In this document: in pieces, positions 30,001-47,677 of the stretch
Numbering within the stretch: position 1 is the first letter of the stretch
Layout: each line of letters starts with the position of its first letter
NCBI RefSeq assembly: GCF_013122565.1
Contig: NZ_CP053258.1
Strand: one strand, 5' to 3'
Origin: Escherichia coli
GTDB taxonomy: Bacteria; Pseudomonadota; Gammaproteobacteria; Enterobacterales; Enterobacteriaceae
DNA: 64,000 nucleotides
Translations under genes and position numbers: made by a program
Notes under the pieces: model-generated
Seen by the model: the letters and a program-made list of their open reading frames with translations, nothing else
Told to the model about the DNA's origin: nothing
Databases searched by the model: none

Positions 30001-32149
30001 GCTACGCGACACTTCAATAAGCGCCACGATGGATGTCATTTTCACGGTGATAACCAGTCCCGACTCACCGAAAGCAAAATACTGGGGTCATATGCCCGAC
30101 ACGTTTACCAGCAGTGCGGGGGTGACCTTTAAACGGCCGCTACTGGCAGCCGAAGCGACCTCCGGGTCCTCGGTTGGCAGTAATAATGAGTCGTGGTCAT
30201 ACATTGGTATTAACGAAAGAGCTACGTCGGATTGCTCACTGGAGTATCAGCCGCGTCTTAATGAGTTACAGGGGTTATATAACGATCATCCTGGCGGGGC
30301 CATACAGACGGATCTGGGGTTACCTGTAGCTGCCGGAAGTGGAAACTGGTGGGCTTATGAAATGAGTATGCCTAACCCCAGCGGGTCGGTGTGGTTTTAC
30401 GGCATCATTAATTTGAAAACGGGACAATCGTCGACCACGTCGAGTGGATTCGCTTTAATGCTCTGCCTGACGCAGCCGCATACGGTACCGGCAAGCCTTA
30501 CACTGTCATCAACCGCCTACGATGAAGGCAGAACCGCCAGCAATGGTGGCACACCTACGTCATCTGTGAAAAAAGGTGAGACGCTTCCCTTAGTGGTGAC
30601 GATCAAAGATGCCAATGGTAACCCCGTTGGCGGCGAAGGCGTTACGCTCAAGCGCGCGCAGGCGAAAAGCCGTTCAGGTATCTCTGTCTCCCCCACTACC
30701 GCCGATGATCTTATTTTAAATGAAGTCACACCGGAATCAGCCAGCTTTTCCTTCGCCGCGGATTTGGCATCATGGAGCGGCATCACCGGCAGTGACGGCA
30801 CTGTAACGTTCAATATTACACAAAAAAATACAATCGGCCTGGTAACGCCGTTTACAGCCTCATTGGGGCGAAATCCGCAGGTCACCGCCAACCAGGACCT
30901 GATGTTCACGGTGGTAACCAGCCCGGATTCGCCGAAGGCAAACTACTGGGGGCATATGCCAGCAACCTTGACGGCAGTGAATGGTGCGGTATTTGAACGC
31001 CCGAAATTGTGGAGTGAACTGCCATCGACCTCCGGCGTCGGCAAGATCAATAACAATAATGAGGACTGGCCGTACTATTCACCGACAAAAAAATCTGATG
31101 AGAGTGTGACCCCTTGCGAAGTGGCAAGACAGCCTCTGCTTAGTGATTTAAATTCGCTGTCTGCGCGTTATCCGAATAACTCCTTCGCTGCTGAAACGGG
31201 CTGGTCTGTGTATTACACCTGGTGGGCAGAGGATAAATCCGCCGCGGGTAAAGATCAGTCGGTGGATTTGAGAGATGGCACGCTGTATACGTATGCATCA
31301 GGAGCATTTCAACCTTGCCTGGTTAACGCGCGTTCAACTGTTTCTAGCGTCACACTTACCTCAACGGCGTTTGACGCTACCACTCAGGCGGCGAAAGTGA
31401 AAAAAGGCGAAGCCATGCCGGTGACGGTCACGGTGAAAGACAGCGCCGGGAAAACGGTGCCGAATGTGGCTTTTACCCTGAAACGCGGTGATGCTGCGCC
31501 AAGAAACCCTGGTATGGCCTTGTACGGTGATGTGGATGCGATGGATGACCTGACCGTTCAACCGACATCGGGAGCGGCGGTGACGTGGTCTGAAAGTGGC
31601 AACTTGCTACAGGGGACCACTGGCTCTGACGGCACCGCGACGTTTATGATTAAACAGGATCATTCGCCGGGCTATAAAACCCCTTTGACGGTCACGTTGG
31701 ACAATAACACCAGCATCACTGCGACAATGGACGCTATTTTCACCGTCGTGACCAGCCCGAATGTCTCAAGCGCCTATTACTGGGGGCACATGGCAGATAC
31801 GACCACGGTGAACGGTAAAACACTGCATCGCCCGTTGTTGGCATCGGAGCTACCTGCGAATGCTTCTTCCCCAGCCACGCCTGACGTAAACAATGAAGCC
31901 TGGGCTATGGGGCATATGGTGGATTCAAGGAATTGGGATATCGAGGCGCAGTGTGGCAGCTTGACCAACGCGCCAAACGATGACGACTTAATGGGTCTGT
32001 ATACTAACTTTAGTTCGCTGGGTTGGCCTGCATCCCCGAGTTTTCCTTACTTATCTTCTCAGAGATGCGGCGTGTTTGAGAACAGTGGACAACAGGACTG
32101 CGCTATTGCGCCAGGCAACACAAAAGGTTTTGTGACTTGTACCCAATAA
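24095..32149 (+). CDS. ratA: Giant repetitive surface/secreted protein (RatA-like)
   Basis: 2684 aa; signal peptide; nine ~275-aa repeats each with F-T-V-x-T-S-P-D...W-G-H-M and two conserved cysteines. Confidence 0.85.
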   Translation: MSQPLKPGTFYVLLVLLLTAMLPGWSWAGSSWQDSSDTAGEFNGTVPNADSASMPVYQGSIWLDPAKPHDVSFSAKPNEFSVNLDVSKLIVTNPQDLEGDVFTNPRWENQTPPVVSLVWADAATPETPLNPQPVAGRSFCAQGLAGRSLVVWPQPDPQQTMPQLYLRTSTGYPYESLLTLVDKKVTLNIAPAQGDLISVSAAGYDDTVGGAKTTVGGNITLTVTTKDCSGNVAGNIPFIIKRKDAENRQGAVNNASPVVLDKTELTTIATEYHSTTDANGVATITVTQPNGPGVKTPLVASLSGIGQTSETAVIFTVLTSPDVPQAMMWGHMPDTLKAHDYTFSRPKLAAEVDNENGTVNDHNETWSTFTWNGADKHCDILPGMRQFGALATVVPTTVQDLVGWPIQGNYYWSSLAGMTGQHHAADVSNRSEAQKPDDTTFIVSCVDKDAPDVEPKLVLTPGSYDSTLKAMKVKVGEEASLRVTITDNKNNNQPLAYYYFSLHLDDGINRKNQSDAAWEAHPVQIAGGSNVHQVDAHTYEGITDVNGQASLTLTQPGGAGVKTHITAKMRSDFTTSDEKDVIFTVITSPDTDKARMWGHMQGIIDSNNIFKRPRLADETDHELDSVRENNEDWALFDQNGSMQAECGVGHIPSQNQLQGLFTAHPGNAIGTEYGWPTAQKDYLSAVQQEPHSSVNLGTGNIDTYSGFKQNYLSCSGNEMVAQITATTDHDVSVGSRAQAKVGETVTMTVHTFNALNNAPVPFTAFSITKEMGKNRQGQTTGYTDPTSGAIEMNGKLYGTSQASVVYSGTTDAQGYATVEIEQPQGVGLATPLNIAPVNSYIPNTVNYNVIFTTPTSPDAVAAQMWGHMDETITVDSLTFTRPKLAAEVSSPDATLTENNEVWARVSQANTSSISKGGCGANMLPRRSQLSALYDANNGNAVQTVHGWPTLREPYWSSSPADKVPHFYTIALNDGAQAIGGSNAVYVSCLTTANNPANAITLEVVDQAQWNATAKAAKLKKGETLQVKVTVKDAQGNALSDMPFTLKRGDGYTRSNEKHIAGSGDALVAPVIVNGGLTDETSLNDTATAYATMTGSDGTKILTITRPETHGTKTALIAALYSDATKNASLDTIFTVATSPDSDKAKMWGHMAETVTATDGTVFKRPRLLKEWSTQSSLTEDNEVWGLYNISDAKSTSNGCGANYVPAQVGLESLFDNNRSNAMKTVQGWPVDTHYLSNTSSTDSLSQHNYKAVDLGNGTSTSISASERKLLTCQTTAVLQASQILLDAADPTTFDSTNNVVKVKKGEAAVVRVTTKDSQGNPVGNTAFTLKRNHSVNRANASNTTSIASLVVTDAWGNTQDSFLSTSLVIYGVTGADGTTTFTLKQDQSTGLKTELTAALDSSSSITSSLPVVFTVLTSPDSPKAKFWGHMAETATGDDGLIYKRPLLRDEISASSGISTLTEEGENWSAFWANNANDTSISGCGAEYVPSADELKAIYAHQGGSALHGAIGWPVSKPYISNTVADMFTQPFKFDVVSLKTGDETQISSGSGVGPLSCRTTPVAVASQIIVEANDAAQFVKVDDTLSALKVKKGEDAVIRVVTKDAQGNTVPNVPFILKREGSRNRQNVEMINKSITVINAAGTSTNVLSSSTLLYGVTGADGTTTFTVKQDDSMGLMTNMYAQLYQSTIESNKLPVMFTVITSPDTPLANYWGHMSETFTTRSGVVFKRPMLSAEHPAGQSTVDNNETWLSLNTAAKNDVSKSGCDEPYQPLLSELQELYSEHPNGAIGTDLGLPLTKTWWAYDKVANSNAWYDQSVNLSNGSSARASSTTVAFVPCLVNPHPVAASIEITSTALDAEKTASNDGRPSATAPKGTAIRMTVIVRDSAGNPLPGANFNLVRGTALDRAKYSVDSSADDLTLVPVTPAGVNMTLTSNTSKALLTTGSDGKVTFDVTQNGTYGLATPLTATLLRDTSISATMDVIFTVITSPDSPKAKYWGHMPDTFTSSAGVTFKRPLLAAEATSGSSVGSNNESWSYIGINERATSDCSLEYQPRLNELQGLYNDHPGGAIQTDLGLPVAAGSGNWWAYEMSMPNPSGSVWFYGIINLKTGQSSTTSSGFALMLCLTQPHTVPASLTLSSTAYDEGRTASNGGTPTSSVKKGETLPLVVTIKDANGNPVGGEGVTLKRAQAKSRSGISVSPTTADDLILNEVTPESASFSFAADLASWSGITGSDGTVTFNITQKNTIGLVTPFTASLGRNPQVTANQDLMFTVVTSPDSPKANYWGHMPATLTAVNGAVFERPKLWSELPSTSGVGKINNNNEDWPYYSPTKKSDESVTPCEVARQPLLSDLNSLSARYPNNSFAAETGWSVYYTWWAEDKSAAGKDQSVDLRDGTLYTYASGAFQPCLVNARSTVSSVTLTSTAFDATTQAAKVKKGEAMPVTVTVKDSAGKTVPNVAFTLKRGDAAPRNPGMALYGDVDAMDDLTVQPTSGAAVTWSESGNLLQGTTGSDGTATFMIKQDHSPGYKTPLTVTLDNNTSITATMDAIFTVVTSPNVSSAYYWGHMADTTTVNGKTLHRPLLASELPANASSPATPDVNNEAWAMGHMVDSRNWDIEAQCGSLTNAPNDDDLMGLYTNFSSLGWPASPSFPYLSSQRCGVFENSGQQDCAIAPGNTKGFVTCTQ
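24990..31830 (+). repeat. Nine imperfect tandem coding repeats of ~810-860 bp inside ratA
   Basis: ccagcccggat...tgggggcatatg recurs near 25045, 25855, 26660, 27505, 28345, 29205, 30055, 30915, 31755. Confidence 0.85.
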
Positions 32150-32157
32150 GATGACCA

Positions 32158-33636
<1,479 letters not shown>

Positions 33637-33695
33637 TTATTCAGTCGATAGTAACCCGCCCTCCGGGGATAGCAAGCATTTTTTGCAAAAAGGGG

Positions 33696-33724
33696 TAGAT
33701 GCAATCGGTTACGCTCTGTATAAT
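33696..33724 (+). promoter_or_regulatory. Candidate guaBA promoter (-10 TATAAT at about 33719-33724, GC-rich discriminator)
   Basis: ctctgTATAATgccgcgg about 45 bp upstream of guaB ATG. Confidence 0.4.
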
Positions 33725-33767
33725 GCCGCGGCAATATTTATTAACCACTCTGGTCGAGATATTGCCC

Positions 33768-35234
33768 ATGCTACGTATCGCTAAAGATGCTCTGACGTTT
33801 GACGACGTTCTCCTCGTTCCTGCTCATTCTACCGTTCTGCCGAATACTGCTGACCTCAGCACCCAGCTGACGAAAACTATTCGTCTGAATATCCCTATGC
33901 TTTCCGCAGCAATGGATACCGTAACGGAAGCGCGCCTGGCTATTGCTCTGGCTCAGGAAGGCGGTATCGGCTTTATCCACAAAAACATGTCCATTGAACG
34001 CCAGGCAGAAGAAGTTCGCCGTGTGAAAAAACACGAATCTGGTGTGGTGACTGACCCGCAGACTGTTCTGCCAACCACGACGCTGCGCGAAGTGAAAGAA
34101 CTGACCGAGCGTAACGGCTTTGCGGGCTACCCGGTCGTTACCGAAGAAAACGAACTGGTGGGTATTATCACCGGTCGTGACGTACGTTTTGTGACCGACC
34201 TGAACCAGCCGGTTAGCGTTTACATGACGCCGAAAGAGCGTCTGGTCACCGTGCGTGAAGGTGAAGCCCGTGAAGTGGTGCTGGCAAAAATGCACGAAAA
34301 ACGCGTTGAAAAAGCGCTGGTGGTTGATGACGAATTCCACCTGATCGGCATGATCACAGTGAAAGATTTCCAGAAAGCGGAACGTAAACCGAACGCCTGT
34401 AAAGACGAGCAAGGCCGTCTGCGTGTTGGTGCAGCGGTTGGCGCAGGTGCGGGTAACGAAGAGCGTGTTGATGCGCTGGTTGCCGCAGGTGTTGACGTTC
34501 TGCTGATCGACTCCTCTCACGGTCACTCTGAAGGCGTTCTGCAGCGTATCCGTGAAACCCGTGCTAAATATCCTGATCTGCAAATCATCGGCGGCAACGT
34601 GGCAACAGCTGCAGGTGCACGCGCTCTGGCAGAAGCTGGTTGCAGCGCGGTTAAAGTCGGTATCGGCCCTGGCTCTATCTGTACGACTCGTATCGTGACT
34701 GGCGTAGGTGTTCCGCAGATCACTGCCGTTGCTGACGCAGTTGAAGCGCTGGAAGGCACAGGTATTCCGGTTATCGCAGATGGTGGTATTCGCTTCTCCG
34801 GCGACATCGCCAAAGCTATCGCCGCTGGCGCAAGCGCGGTAATGGTGGGTTCCATGCTGGCGGGTACTGAAGAATCTCCGGGTGAAATTGAACTCTACCA
34901 GGGCCGTTCTTACAAATCTTACCGTGGTATGGGCTCTCTGGGTGCGATGTCCAAAGGTTCTTCTGACCGTTACTTCCAGAGTGACAACGCTGCCGACAAA
35001 CTGGTGCCGGAAGGTATCGAAGGTCGCGTAGCCTATAAAGGTCGCCTGAAAGAGATCATTCACCAGCAGATGGGCGGCCTGCGCTCCTGTATGGGCCTGA
35101 CCGGCTGTGGTACTATCGACGAACTGCGTACTAAAGCGGAGTTTGTACGTATCAGCGGTGCGGGCATTCAGGAAAGCCACGTTCACGACGTGACCATTAC
35201 TAAAGAGTCCCCGAACTACCGTCTGGGCTCCTGA
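33768..35234 (+). CDS. guaB: IMP dehydrogenase
   Basis: 488 aa from ATG at 33768 ([13 protein letters not shown]...); track ORF begins upstream; catalytic loop GPGSICTTR. Confidence 0.96.
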   Translation: MLRIAKDALTFDDVLLVPAHSTVLPNTADLSTQLTKTIRLNIPMLSAAMDTVTEARLAIALAQEGGIGFIHKNMSIERQAEEVRRVKKHESGVVTDPQTVLPTTTLREVKELTERNGFAGYPVVTEENELVGIITGRDVRFVTDLNQPVSVYMTPKERLVTVREGEAREVVLAKMHEKRVEKALVVDDEFHLIGMITVKDFQKAERKPNACKDEQGRLRVGAAVGAGAGNEERVDALVAAGVDVLLIDSSHGHSEGVLQRIRETRAKYPDLQIIGGNVATAAGARALAEAGCSAVKVGIGPGSICTTRIVTGVGVPQITAVADAVEALEGTGIPVIADGGIRFSGDIAKAIAAGASAVMVGSMLAGTEESPGEIELYQGRSYKSYRGMGSLGAMSKGSSDRYFQSDNAADKLVPEGIEGRVAYKGRLKEIIHQQMGGLRSCMGLTGCGTIDELRTKAEFVRISGAGIQESHVHDVTITKESPNYRLGS

Positions 35235-35241
35235 TTCTCTT

Positions 35242-35275
35242 CGCCCGACTTCATGTCGGGCGATTTATATTATCT
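35242..35275 (+). terminator. Hairpin between guaB and guaA (partial terminator/attenuator candidate)
   Basis: cgcccgacttcatgtcgggcg followed by AT-rich T-containing tract. Confidence 0.35.
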
Positions 35276-35302
35276 GTTTCACTTGCCTCGGAATAAGCGT
35301 CA

Positions 35303-36880
35303 ATGACGGAAAACATTCATAAGCATCGCATCCTCATTCTGGACTTCGGTTCCCAGTATACTCAACTGGTTGCGCGCCGCGTGCGTGAGCTGGGCGTTTA
35401 CTGCGAACTGTGGGCGTGGGATGTGACAGAAGCACAAATTCGTGACTTCAATCCAAGCGGCATTATTCTTTCCGGCGGCCCGGAAAGCACCACCGAAGAA
35501 AACAGCCCGCGTGCGCCGCAGTATGTCTTTGAAGCAGGCGTACCGGTATTCGGCGTTTGCTATGGCATGCAGACCATGGCAATGCAGTTGGGCGGTCACG
35601 TTGAAGCCTCTAACGAACGTGAATTTGGCTACGCGCAGGTTGAAGTCGTAAACGACAGCGCACTGGTTCGCGGTATCGAAGATGCGCTGACCGCAGACGG
35701 TAAACCGCTGCTCGATGTCTGGATGAGCCACGGCGATAAAGTTACCGCTATCCCGTCCGACTTCGTCACCGTAGCCAGCACCGAAAGCTGCCCGTTTGCC
35801 ATTATGGCTAACGAAGAAAAACGCTTCTATGGCGTACAGTTCCACCCGGAAGTGACTCACACCCGCCAGGGTATGCGCATGCTGGAGCGTTTTGTGCGTG
35901 ATATCTGCCAGTGTGAAGCCCTGTGGACGCCAGCGAAAATTATCGACGATGCTGTAGCTCGCATCCGCGAGCAGGTAGGCGACGATAAAGTCATCCTCGG
36001 CCTCTCTGGTGGCGTGGATTCCTCCGTAACCGCAATGCTGCTGCACCGCGCTATCGGTAAAAATCTGACTTGCGTATTCGTCGACAACGGCCTGCTGCGT
36101 CTCAACGAAGCAGAGCAGGTTCTGGATATGTTTGGCGATCACTTTGGTCTGAACATTGTTCACGTTCCGGCAGAAGATCGCTTCCTGTCAGCGCTGGCTG
36201 GCGAAAACGATCCGGAAGCAAAACGTAAAATCATCGGTCGCGTTTTCGTTGAAGTATTCGATGAAGAAGCGCTGAAACTGGAAGACGTGAAGTGGCTGGC
36301 ACAGGGCACCATCTACCCTGACGTTATCGAATCTGCGGCGTCTGCAACCGGTAAAGCACACGTCATCAAATCTCACCACAACGTGGGCGGCCTGCCGAAA
36401 GAGATGAAGATGGGCCTGGTTGAACCGCTGAAAGAGCTGTTCAAAGACGAAGTGCGTAAGATTGGTCTGGAGCTGGGCCTGCCGTACGACATGCTGTACC
36501 GTCATCCGTTCCCGGGACCAGGCCTTGGCGTTCGTGTTCTGGGTGAAGTGAAGAAAGAGTACTGTGACCTGCTGCGCCGTGCTGACGCCATCTTCATTGA
36601 AGAACTGCGTAAAGCGGACCTGTACGACAAAGTCAGCCAGGCGTTCACCGTCTTCCTGCCAGTACGTTCCGTTGGCGTAATGGGCGATGGTCGTAAGTAT
36701 GACTGGGTTGTCTCTCTGCGTGCTGTCGAAACCATCGACTTTATGACCGCACACTGGGCGCATCTGCCGTACGATTTCCTCGGTCGCGTTTCCAACCGCA
36801 TTATCAATGAAGTGAACGGTATTTCTCGCGTGGTGTATGACATCAGCGGCAAGCCGCCAGCTACCATTGAGTGGGAATGA
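35303..36880 (+). CDS. guaA: GMP synthase (glutamine-hydrolysing)
   Basis: 525 aa. Confidence 0.97.
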   Translation: MTENIHKHRILILDFGSQYTQLVARRVRELGVYCELWAWDVTEAQIRDFNPSGIILSGGPESTTEENSPRAPQYVFEAGVPVFGVCYGMQTMAMQLGGHVEASNEREFGYAQVEVVNDSALVRGIEDALTADGKPLLDVWMSHGDKVTAIPSDFVTVASTESCPFAIMANEEKRFYGVQFHPEVTHTRQGMRMLERFVRDICQCEALWTPAKIIDDAVARIREQVGDDKVILGLSGGVDSSVTAMLLHRAIGKNLTCVFVDNGLLRLNEAEQVLDMFGDHFGLNIVHVPAEDRFLSALAGENDPEAKRKIIGRVFVEVFDEEALKLEDVKWLAQGTIYPDVIESAASATGKAHVIKSHHNVGGLPKEMKMGLVEPLKELFKDEVRKIGLELGLPYDMLYRHPFPGPGLGVRVLGEVKKEYCDLLRRADAIFIEELRKADLYDKVSQAFTVFLPVRSVGVMGDGRKYDWVVSLRAVETIDFMTAHWAHLPYDFLGRVSNRIINEVNGISRVVYDISGKPPATIEWE

Positions 36881-36903
36881 TTTGACCCTGCACTATGAAT
36901 GAA

Positions 36904-36933
36904 CAAAACCCTCTGTTACTACAGAGGGTTTTT
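36904..36933. terminator. Bidirectional terminator between guaA (+) and yfgI (-)
   Basis: aaaaccctctgttactacagagggtttttt. Confidence 0.65.
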
Positions 36934-36972
36934 TATCTTCAAGAATTATAGGCTTGAAGTTACTAACATCGA

Positions 36973-37512
36973 TTAATTAAACCAGCTGTCCGATTTGTTC
37001 TCTTCTGCTTTGCCCACGCTTTTCATCAGATCGCGACCGCCTTCAGTCATATTTCTGTTGGCGTCAGCTTCAGATTGCACCACATCGGTTTGCGCAGCTT
37101 TGTGCTTCAGTTCCTGATCGATAAATTCGTTTTCGCGCTTAACGCGGGCTTCTTCTTTCGCCAGCGCCAGTTTTTGTTTCTGAATCTCTAAGCTGCGTAG
37201 CTCATCTTCATAACTTTGATCGCGTTTTTTGTCCGCAGTGGCTTCGGCGTCCAGTTTATCCTGACGAGCTTTCTTATTTGCCGCTGCCGTTGCCGCTCTT
37301 TTGTTAGCGGCGGCCTGGGCATTTGCGCGACGTTGCTTCTCTTGCTGGATTTCCCTGTTGCGCTCCGCGACCCATTCGTCATGCTGCCTTTGCTCTTCAT
37401 TTTTACCTTGCTGTTCCGCTTCTGCGACAGCAGAGAGTTGATCCTGCAATGATGAGGCGATAGCCGGATAGCTTAAGGAGGCTAAGATGGCGCAAAGAAA
37501 AACTTTCTTCAT
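36973..37512 (-). CDS. yfgI: Periplasmic coiled-coil protein YfgI
   Basis: 179 aa; signal peptide; Lys/Glu/Ala/Gln-rich. Confidence 0.85.
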   Translation of the reverse strand: MKKVFLCAILASLSYPAIASSLQDQLSAVAEAEQQGKNEEQRQHDEWVAERNREIQQEKQRRANAQAAANKRAATAAANKKARQDKLDAEATADKKRDQSYEDELRSLEIQKQKLALAKEEARVKRENEFIDQELKHKAAQTDVVQSEADANRNMTEGGRDLMKSVGKAEENKSDSWFN

Positions 37513-37527
37513 GACTCCTCCTGATTA

Positions 37528-38046
37528 TTAGCTCTTTTCAGGACATTTGGTATTTGGCTGAATACGCGTTTCGTTATACGTCGTGGTAATAACAACGGCT
37601 AAACCTGTCGTAAACTGGCACTCTTTACCCACCTGGGTGGAGGTATACACTTTGGTGCCTTCCTTATACGTTAAAGAAACACCTTCCACTAAGGTTTTAT
37701 CATTCACCATAGAACCCGCTGCCGCGCCTACAGCTCCGCCGCCAACTGCACCTGCCGTCGTTCCGGAATTGCTGCCAGACCCGACGTTGTGGCCGATAAC
37801 ACCGCCAGCGACTGCGCCAATAAGCGCGCCGAAGGCTTGTGCGTTCCGTTTATTTTGGGAGTTGTCTACGGCAACTTTTGCGGGAAGAATGGAAATAATA
37901 TTAACGGTTTTAGTTTCTTGTTTGGTATTCAGTTGATCGGTTTGATAAACATCGGCGGCATGATCGTCAGCATTTGACTGGCATCCTGCCAGAGTGAATG
38001 ACGCTAACATTGCCACAGGCAGAAGACATTTTTTAAATTTCATCAC
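37528..38046 (-). CDS. yfgH: Outer-membrane lipoprotein with glycine-zipper region
   Basis: 172 aa; lipobox LAGC; GxxxG-rich segment. Confidence 0.85.
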   Translation of the reverse strand: MMKFKKCLLPVAMLASFTLAGCQSNADDHAADVYQTDQLNTKQETKTVNIISILPAKVAVDNSQNKRNAQAFGALIGAVAGGVIGHNVGSGSNSGTTAGAVGGGAVGAAAGSMVNDKTLVEGVSLTYKEGTKVYTSTQVGKECQFTTGLAVVITTTYNETRIQPNTKCPEKS

Positions 38047-38356
38047 TATTCCTTGTTATACACATTACGAAAAATAAGACATTTAAGATCATCAAAAGAG
38101 GAAAGTAAATGTATTGCGTATAAAGGGATAGATTAAATTTATTAAAATTCACTCGGGGAATAATTTATAAAAATACATCATTACAACATATATATTAATT
38201 TTATATTTATTTCGCAGCCAAACAGGATAAACATCAGTCAGGACAAAGACGTAAAACTTAAGATGGAAGAATATCTGCCGCTTTGATAATCCCAAAGAGC
38301 AAAAGCATCCGACAGCGAAGTGCCGTTATGTTCTGTGAAAGTGGAGAAGGTAACCG

Positions 38357-38548
38357 CTAACGTTGTACCGGTGATTCGACGGAGAGTGTGGATTGCTGAG
38401 CTTCTTTTTTGCTCTGATGGTGCTGCCAGGCACCGACGGACGAGTAGATAAAACGGCCAAAGAAGAAGATAAAGCTGATGAGCAGTACGATACGGGTCAT
38501 GCGACTGTTAAATCGGTGTCGTTTTCGCATACTGGTTGCCTGACTCAC
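38357..38548 (-). CDS. yfgG: Small membrane protein YfgG
   Basis: 63 aa; one hydrophobic helix. Confidence 0.7.
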   Translation of the reverse strand: MSQATSMRKRHRFNSRMTRIVLLISFIFFFGRFIYSSVGAWQHHQSKKEAQQSTLSVESPVQR

Positions 38549-38899
38549 AAAAGGTTCCTTGAAGTATGTCCCACGCTGTGGACGGTACTTACATTAAGGC
38601 ACAACAGGACAAAATGGTCAATTCTTCGTTATGTAAAAAAGCGTCAGCGGATACATATTTTAATGTTATGGAAGTTAATTTAATTATTTACAATGATGAT
38701 GTAATAATGATGAATTAACATGATAAACGTAATAATTCATTAATCAGGGTTATTTTGTTTGATATATATCAATTGGAACTTTCATATGACACTTAGAATC
38801 AATGCTCTCTATAGTGATGAATAATCATCATTCGAAGTCAGGTGGGATGCCTGTCTGAATACACCTCCTTCAGGATGTGGGGGATTCTGCTGAGCATCT

Positions 38900-41143
38900 A
38901 TGAAACTGAATGCAACTTATATAAAAATACGTGATAAATGGTGGGGGCTTCCGCTGTTCCTGCCTTCTTTAATCTTGCCCATTTTCGCCCACATTAATAC
39001 TTTCGCGCATATTTCTTCCGGTGAGGTTTTTCTCTTTTATCTGCCTCTGGCACTGATGATCAGCATGATGATGTTTTTCAGCTGGGCGGCATTGCCAGGG
39101 ATCGCCTTAGGGATTTTTGTCCGCAAATATGCAGAGCTTGGTTTTTACGAAACGCTCTCATTAACGGCTAATTTTATTATCATTATCATTCTCTGTTGGG
39201 GTGGTTACAGGGTCTTTACTCCCCGGCGTAACAACGTTTCACATGGTGATACCCGTTTAATTTCCCAGCGTATATTCTGGCAGATTGTGTTTCCTGCAAC
39301 GCTGTTTCTGATACTTTTTCAGTTTGCTGCGTTTGTAGGATTACTGGCGAGCAGAGAAAATCTGGTCGGTGTCATGCCTTTTAACCTCGGGACTTTAATC
39401 AATTATCAGGCCTTACTGGTGGGTAATCTGATCGGTGTCCCGCTGTGTTACTTCATCATTCGGGTAGTGCGAAATCCATTTTATTTACGTAGCTATTATT
39501 CGCAATTAAAACAGCAGGTTGATGTCAAAGTCACCAAAAAAGAGTTCGCACTCTGGCTACTGGCATTAGGTGCTTTATTGTTGCTGTTATGCATGCCGTT
39601 AAATGAAAAAAGCACAATTTTTAGCACCAATTATACCTTGTCATTATTGCTGCCCCTGATGATGTGGGGAGCGATGCGCTATGGTTATAAGCTGATTTCA
39701 CTGCTCTGGGCGGTCGTGTTGATGATCAGCATCCACAGCTATCAAAATTACATTCCCATTTATCCTGGCTATACCACGCAGCTGACCATAACCTCCTCCA
39801 GTTATCTGGTATTCTCTTTTATTGTCAATTATATGGCTGTATTGGCAACCCGTCAGAGAGCGGTAGTCAGACGCATTCAGCGGCTTGCGTATGTGGACCC
39901 GGTGGTTCATCTGCCAAATGTTCGCGCACTGAATCGCGCGTTGCGTGATGCCCCCTGGTCTGCGCTTTGTTATTTACGCATCCCTGGCATGGAAATGCTG
40001 GTTAAGAACTATGGCATCATGCTGCGGATTCAATACAAGCAAAAACTTTCTCACTGGCTGTCACCCTTACTGGAACCGGGTGAAGATGTTTATCAGCTTT
40101 CGGGTAACGATCTCGCGCTGCGACTGAATACAGAATCGCACCAGGAGCGCATTACCGCACTGGATAGCCATCTCAAGCAATTTCGTTTCTTTTGGGATGG
40201 CATGCCGATGCAACCGCAGATTGGCGTCAGTTACTGCTATGTGCGCTCGCCAGTGAATCATATCTACCTGCTGCTGGGAGAGCTAAATACGGTCGCCGAA
40301 CTTTCCATCGTGACCAACGCCCCGGAAAATATGCAGCGTCGCGGGGCAATGTATTTGCAACGCGAATTGAAAGATAAAGTCGCGATGATGAATCGACTAC
40401 AGCAGGCGCTGGAACACAACCATTTTTTCCTGATGGCCCAGCCGATTACCGGTATGCGTGGTGATGTTTACCATGAAATTCTTCTGCGCATGAAAGGTGA
40501 GAATGATGAACTGATCAGCCCCGATAGCTTCTTGCCGGTCGCGCACGAATTTGGTTTATCGTCGAGTATCGACATGTGGGTCATTGAGCATACGCTGCAA
40601 TTTATGGCTGAAAACAGAGCGAAGATGCCCGCTCACCGTTTTGCTATTAATCTGTCTCCAACCTCGGTATGTCAGGCTCGTTTTCCTGTTGAAGTCAGTC
40701 AGTTGCTGGCTAAATATCAGATTGAAGCGTGGCAACTTATTTTTGAAGTCACCGAAAGTAATGCTCTGACCAATGTTAAGCAGGCGCAAATCACCTTGCA
40801 GCATCTTCAGGAATTAGGCTGCCAGATTGCGATTGATGATTTCGGCACCGGCTACGCCAGCTATGCGCGGCTTAAAAATGTGAATGCCGATCTGCTTAAA
40901 ATTGACGGCAGTTTTATCCGCAATATTGTGTCAAATAGTCTGGATTATCAGATAGTGGCATCGATTTGCCACCTGGCGCGAATGAAGAAAATGCTGGTAG
41001 TGGCAGAGTACGTTGAAAACGAAGAGATCCGCGAGGCGGTGCTCTCTTTGGGGATCGATTATATGCAGGGTTATCTTATTGGTAAGCCGCAACCGTTAAT
41101 TGATACGCTGAATGAAATCGAACCCATTCGCGAAAGTGCCTGA
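38900..41143 (+). CDS. pdeF: Cyclic-di-GMP phosphodiesterase PdeF (MASE1, degenerate GGDEF, EAL)
   Basis: 747 aa; multi-TM N-terminus; EAL-domain C-terminus. Confidence 0.9.
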   Translation: MKLNATYIKIRDKWWGLPLFLPSLILPIFAHINTFAHISSGEVFLFYLPLALMISMMMFFSWAALPGIALGIFVRKYAELGFYETLSLTANFIIIIILCWGGYRVFTPRRNNVSHGDTRLISQRIFWQIVFPATLFLILFQFAAFVGLLASRENLVGVMPFNLGTLINYQALLVGNLIGVPLCYFIIRVVRNPFYLRSYYSQLKQQVDVKVTKKEFALWLLALGALLLLLCMPLNEKSTIFSTNYTLSLLLPLMMWGAMRYGYKLISLLWAVVLMISIHSYQNYIPIYPGYTTQLTITSSSYLVFSFIVNYMAVLATRQRAVVRRIQRLAYVDPVVHLPNVRALNRALRDAPWSALCYLRIPGMEMLVKNYGIMLRIQYKQKLSHWLSPLLEPGEDVYQLSGNDLALRLNTESHQERITALDSHLKQFRFFWDGMPMQPQIGVSYCYVRSPVNHIYLLLGELNTVAELSIVTNAPENMQRRGAMYLQRELKDKVAMMNRLQQALEHNHFFLMAQPITGMRGDVYHEILLRMKGENDELISPDSFLPVAHEFGLSSSIDMWVIEHTLQFMAENRAKMPAHRFAINLSPTSVCQARFPVEVSQLLAKYQIEAWQLIFEVTESNALTNVKQAQITLQHLQELGCQIAIDDFGTGYASYARLKNVNADLLKIDGSFIRNIVSNSLDYQIVASICHLARMKKMLVVAEYVENEEIREAVLSLGIDYMQGYLIGKPQPLIDTLNEIEPIRESA

Positions 41144-41148
41144 ATAAT

Positions 41149-41175
41149 GCGGGCCGACATTTCTCGTCGGCCCGC
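41149..41175. terminator. Bidirectional hairpin between pdeF (+) and ppx (-)
   Basis: gcgggccgacatttctcgtcggcccgc, 10-bp perfect stem. Confidence 0.5.
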
Positions 41176-41181
41176 AAAGCA

Positions 41182-44794
<3,613 letters not shown>

Positions 44795-44919
44795 TACCAC
44801 TTTTACTCCGTTTTATTCACGGGACACTGCCTGGATATTATGGCGAGCAATATTGGCAGATGTCCAACTATGCCAGAAAAGGGGGAAAAAAACTGCTGGA
44901 GCTTGCGATTTACAGGTGA

Positions 44920-44950
44920 ATTGAAAAACGCCAGCGGCAGAGCTGGCGCT
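44920..44950 (-). terminator. Intrinsic terminator downstream of purN
   Basis: On - strand: agcgccagctctgccgctggcg followed by TTTTTC. Confidence 0.5.
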
Positions 44951-44965
44951 TTAACTACGGGGGCA

Positions 44966-45603
44966 TTACTCGTCGGCAGCGTAGCCCTGCGGCGGCAGAC
45001 ATTGACCATCCAGCCACGCGGCGTTTTCGTGCATTTTCAGACGACCATCGGCAAACCAGCTAATCACCAGCGGATAAATAGCGTGTTCCTGGGTTTGCAC
45101 GCGGGCGGTGATGTCATCTTCCGTATCACCAGCAAATACCGGGACTTTCGCCTGTAAAATAACCGGGCCACCGTCCAGTTCATCGGTGACGAAATGCACC
45201 GATGTACCGTGCTCTTCATCGCCATTTTCCAGCGCCTGACGATGGGTGTGTAATCCGGGATATTTCGGCAGCAGAGAAGGGTGAATGTTCAGTAAACGCC
45301 CGGCATAGTGGGAGACAAACGCCGGGCTGAGAATGCGCATAAAACCAGCCAGCACGACCACATCGGGTGCGTACATGTCGATTTCATGAATCAACTCCCG
45401 GTCATAGGCTTCACGACTGTCAAACGCGCTGGCGATGAGCGTATGCGTTGCAATACCCGCCTGGCGGGCGCGTTCAAGGCCGAACGCGTCGGCCTTATTG
45501 CTGAAAACTGCCCGTACGGTGCCTTTAATTTTGTTGGTTTTACAGGCGTCAATAATTGCCTGTAAATTACTTCCGTTGCCGGAAATAAGCACCACAATAT
45601 TCA

Positions 45604-45604
<1 letters not shown>
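44966..45604 (-). CDS. purN: Phosphoribosylglycinamide formyltransferase
   Basis: 212 aa. Confidence 0.96.
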
Positions 45605-46659
<1,055 letters not shown>

Positions 46660-46704
46660 TTACTTGCGGTAGAAAAATAAAATTCGGCGCAATTCTAACA
46701 GGGA

Positions 46705-46720
46705 AAGCAAACGTTTGCGA
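46705..46720. promoter_or_regulatory. PurR operator (PUR box) upstream of purMN
   Basis: cgcaaacgtttgct on the - strand, matching the palindromic PurR box consensus. Confidence 0.7.
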
Positions 46721-46915
46721 GACTGCTTTACACAACCTTTTTGCACGTCTTTTCCCCAGGCGCGCGGCGAAAGAAGACTTGTGCCAGGGCAAAGGTTAGT
46801 TTTCGGATGGAATAATCTTCTTTCATAACCATTTGAATATAAAATAACTTTATCTCAAACCGTTATCATTTTGACTAAAGTCAACGAAAATAATATTGCC
46901 GCCTTGAAGAAAGGA

Positions 46916-46940
46916 GGTATAATCCGTCGATTTTTTTTGT
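46916..46940 (+). promoter_or_regulatory. upp promoter -10 (TATAAT) and initially transcribed T8 tract
   Basis: ggTATAATccgtcGATTTTTTTTGtgg; matches the recalled UTP-sensitive reiterative-transcription arrangement of upp. Confidence 0.6.
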
Positions 46941-46965
46941 GGCTGCCCCTCAAAGGAGAAAGAGT

Positions 46966-47592
46966 ATGAAGATCGTGGAAGTCAAACACCCACTCGTCAA
47001 ACACAAGCTGGGACTGATGCGTGAGCAAGATATCAGCACCAAGCGCTTTCGCGAACTCGCTTCCGAAGTGGGTAGCCTGCTGACTTACGAAGCGACCGCC
47101 GACCTCGAAACGGAAAAAGTAACTATCGAAGGCTGGAACGGCCCGGTAGAAATCGACCAGATCAAAGGTAAGAAAATTACCGTTGTGCCAATTCTGCGTG
47201 CGGGTCTTGGTATGATGGACGGTGTGCTGGAAAACGTTCCGAGCGCGCGCATCAGCGTTGTCGGTATGTACCGTAATGAAGAAACGCTGGAGCCGGTACC
47301 GTACTTCCAGAAACTGGTTTCTAACATCGATGAGCGTATGGCGCTGATCGTTGACCCAATGCTGGCAACCGGTGGTTCCGTTATCGCGACCATCGACCTG
47401 CTGAAAAAAGCGGGCTGCAGCAGCATCAAAGTTCTGGTGCTGGTAGCTGCGCCAGAAGGTATCGCTGCGCTGGAAAAAGCGCACCCGGACGTCGAACTGT
47501 ATACCGCATCGATTGATCAGGGACTGAACGAGCACGGATACATTATTCCGGGCCTCGGCGATGCCGGTGACAAAATCTTTGGTACGAAATAA
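46966..47592 (+). CDS. upp: Uracil phosphoribosyltransferase
   Basis: 208 aa from ATG at 46966 with AAGGAG SD. Confidence 0.96.
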
Positions 47593-47608
47593 AGAATAAA
47601 AATAATTA

Positions 47609-47638
47609 AAGCCGACTTTAAGAGTCGGCTTTTTTTTG
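47609..47638 (+). terminator. Hairpin plus T-run between upp and uraA (terminator/attenuator)
   Basis: aagccgactttaagagtcggctttttttt. Confidence 0.6.
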
Positions 47639-47677
47639 AGTAAAGCGCCTATAACACATAATACAGAGGATAATACT

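Noticed and set aside
33771-35186. 471-aa ORF antisense to guaB
   Set aside because: Entirely within guaB on the opposite strand; guaB identity is unambiguous, so this is a stop-poor antisense frame.
35300-36163. 287-aa ORF antisense to guaA (also 36188-36763)
   Set aside because: Antisense shadow ORFs inside a highly conserved gene.
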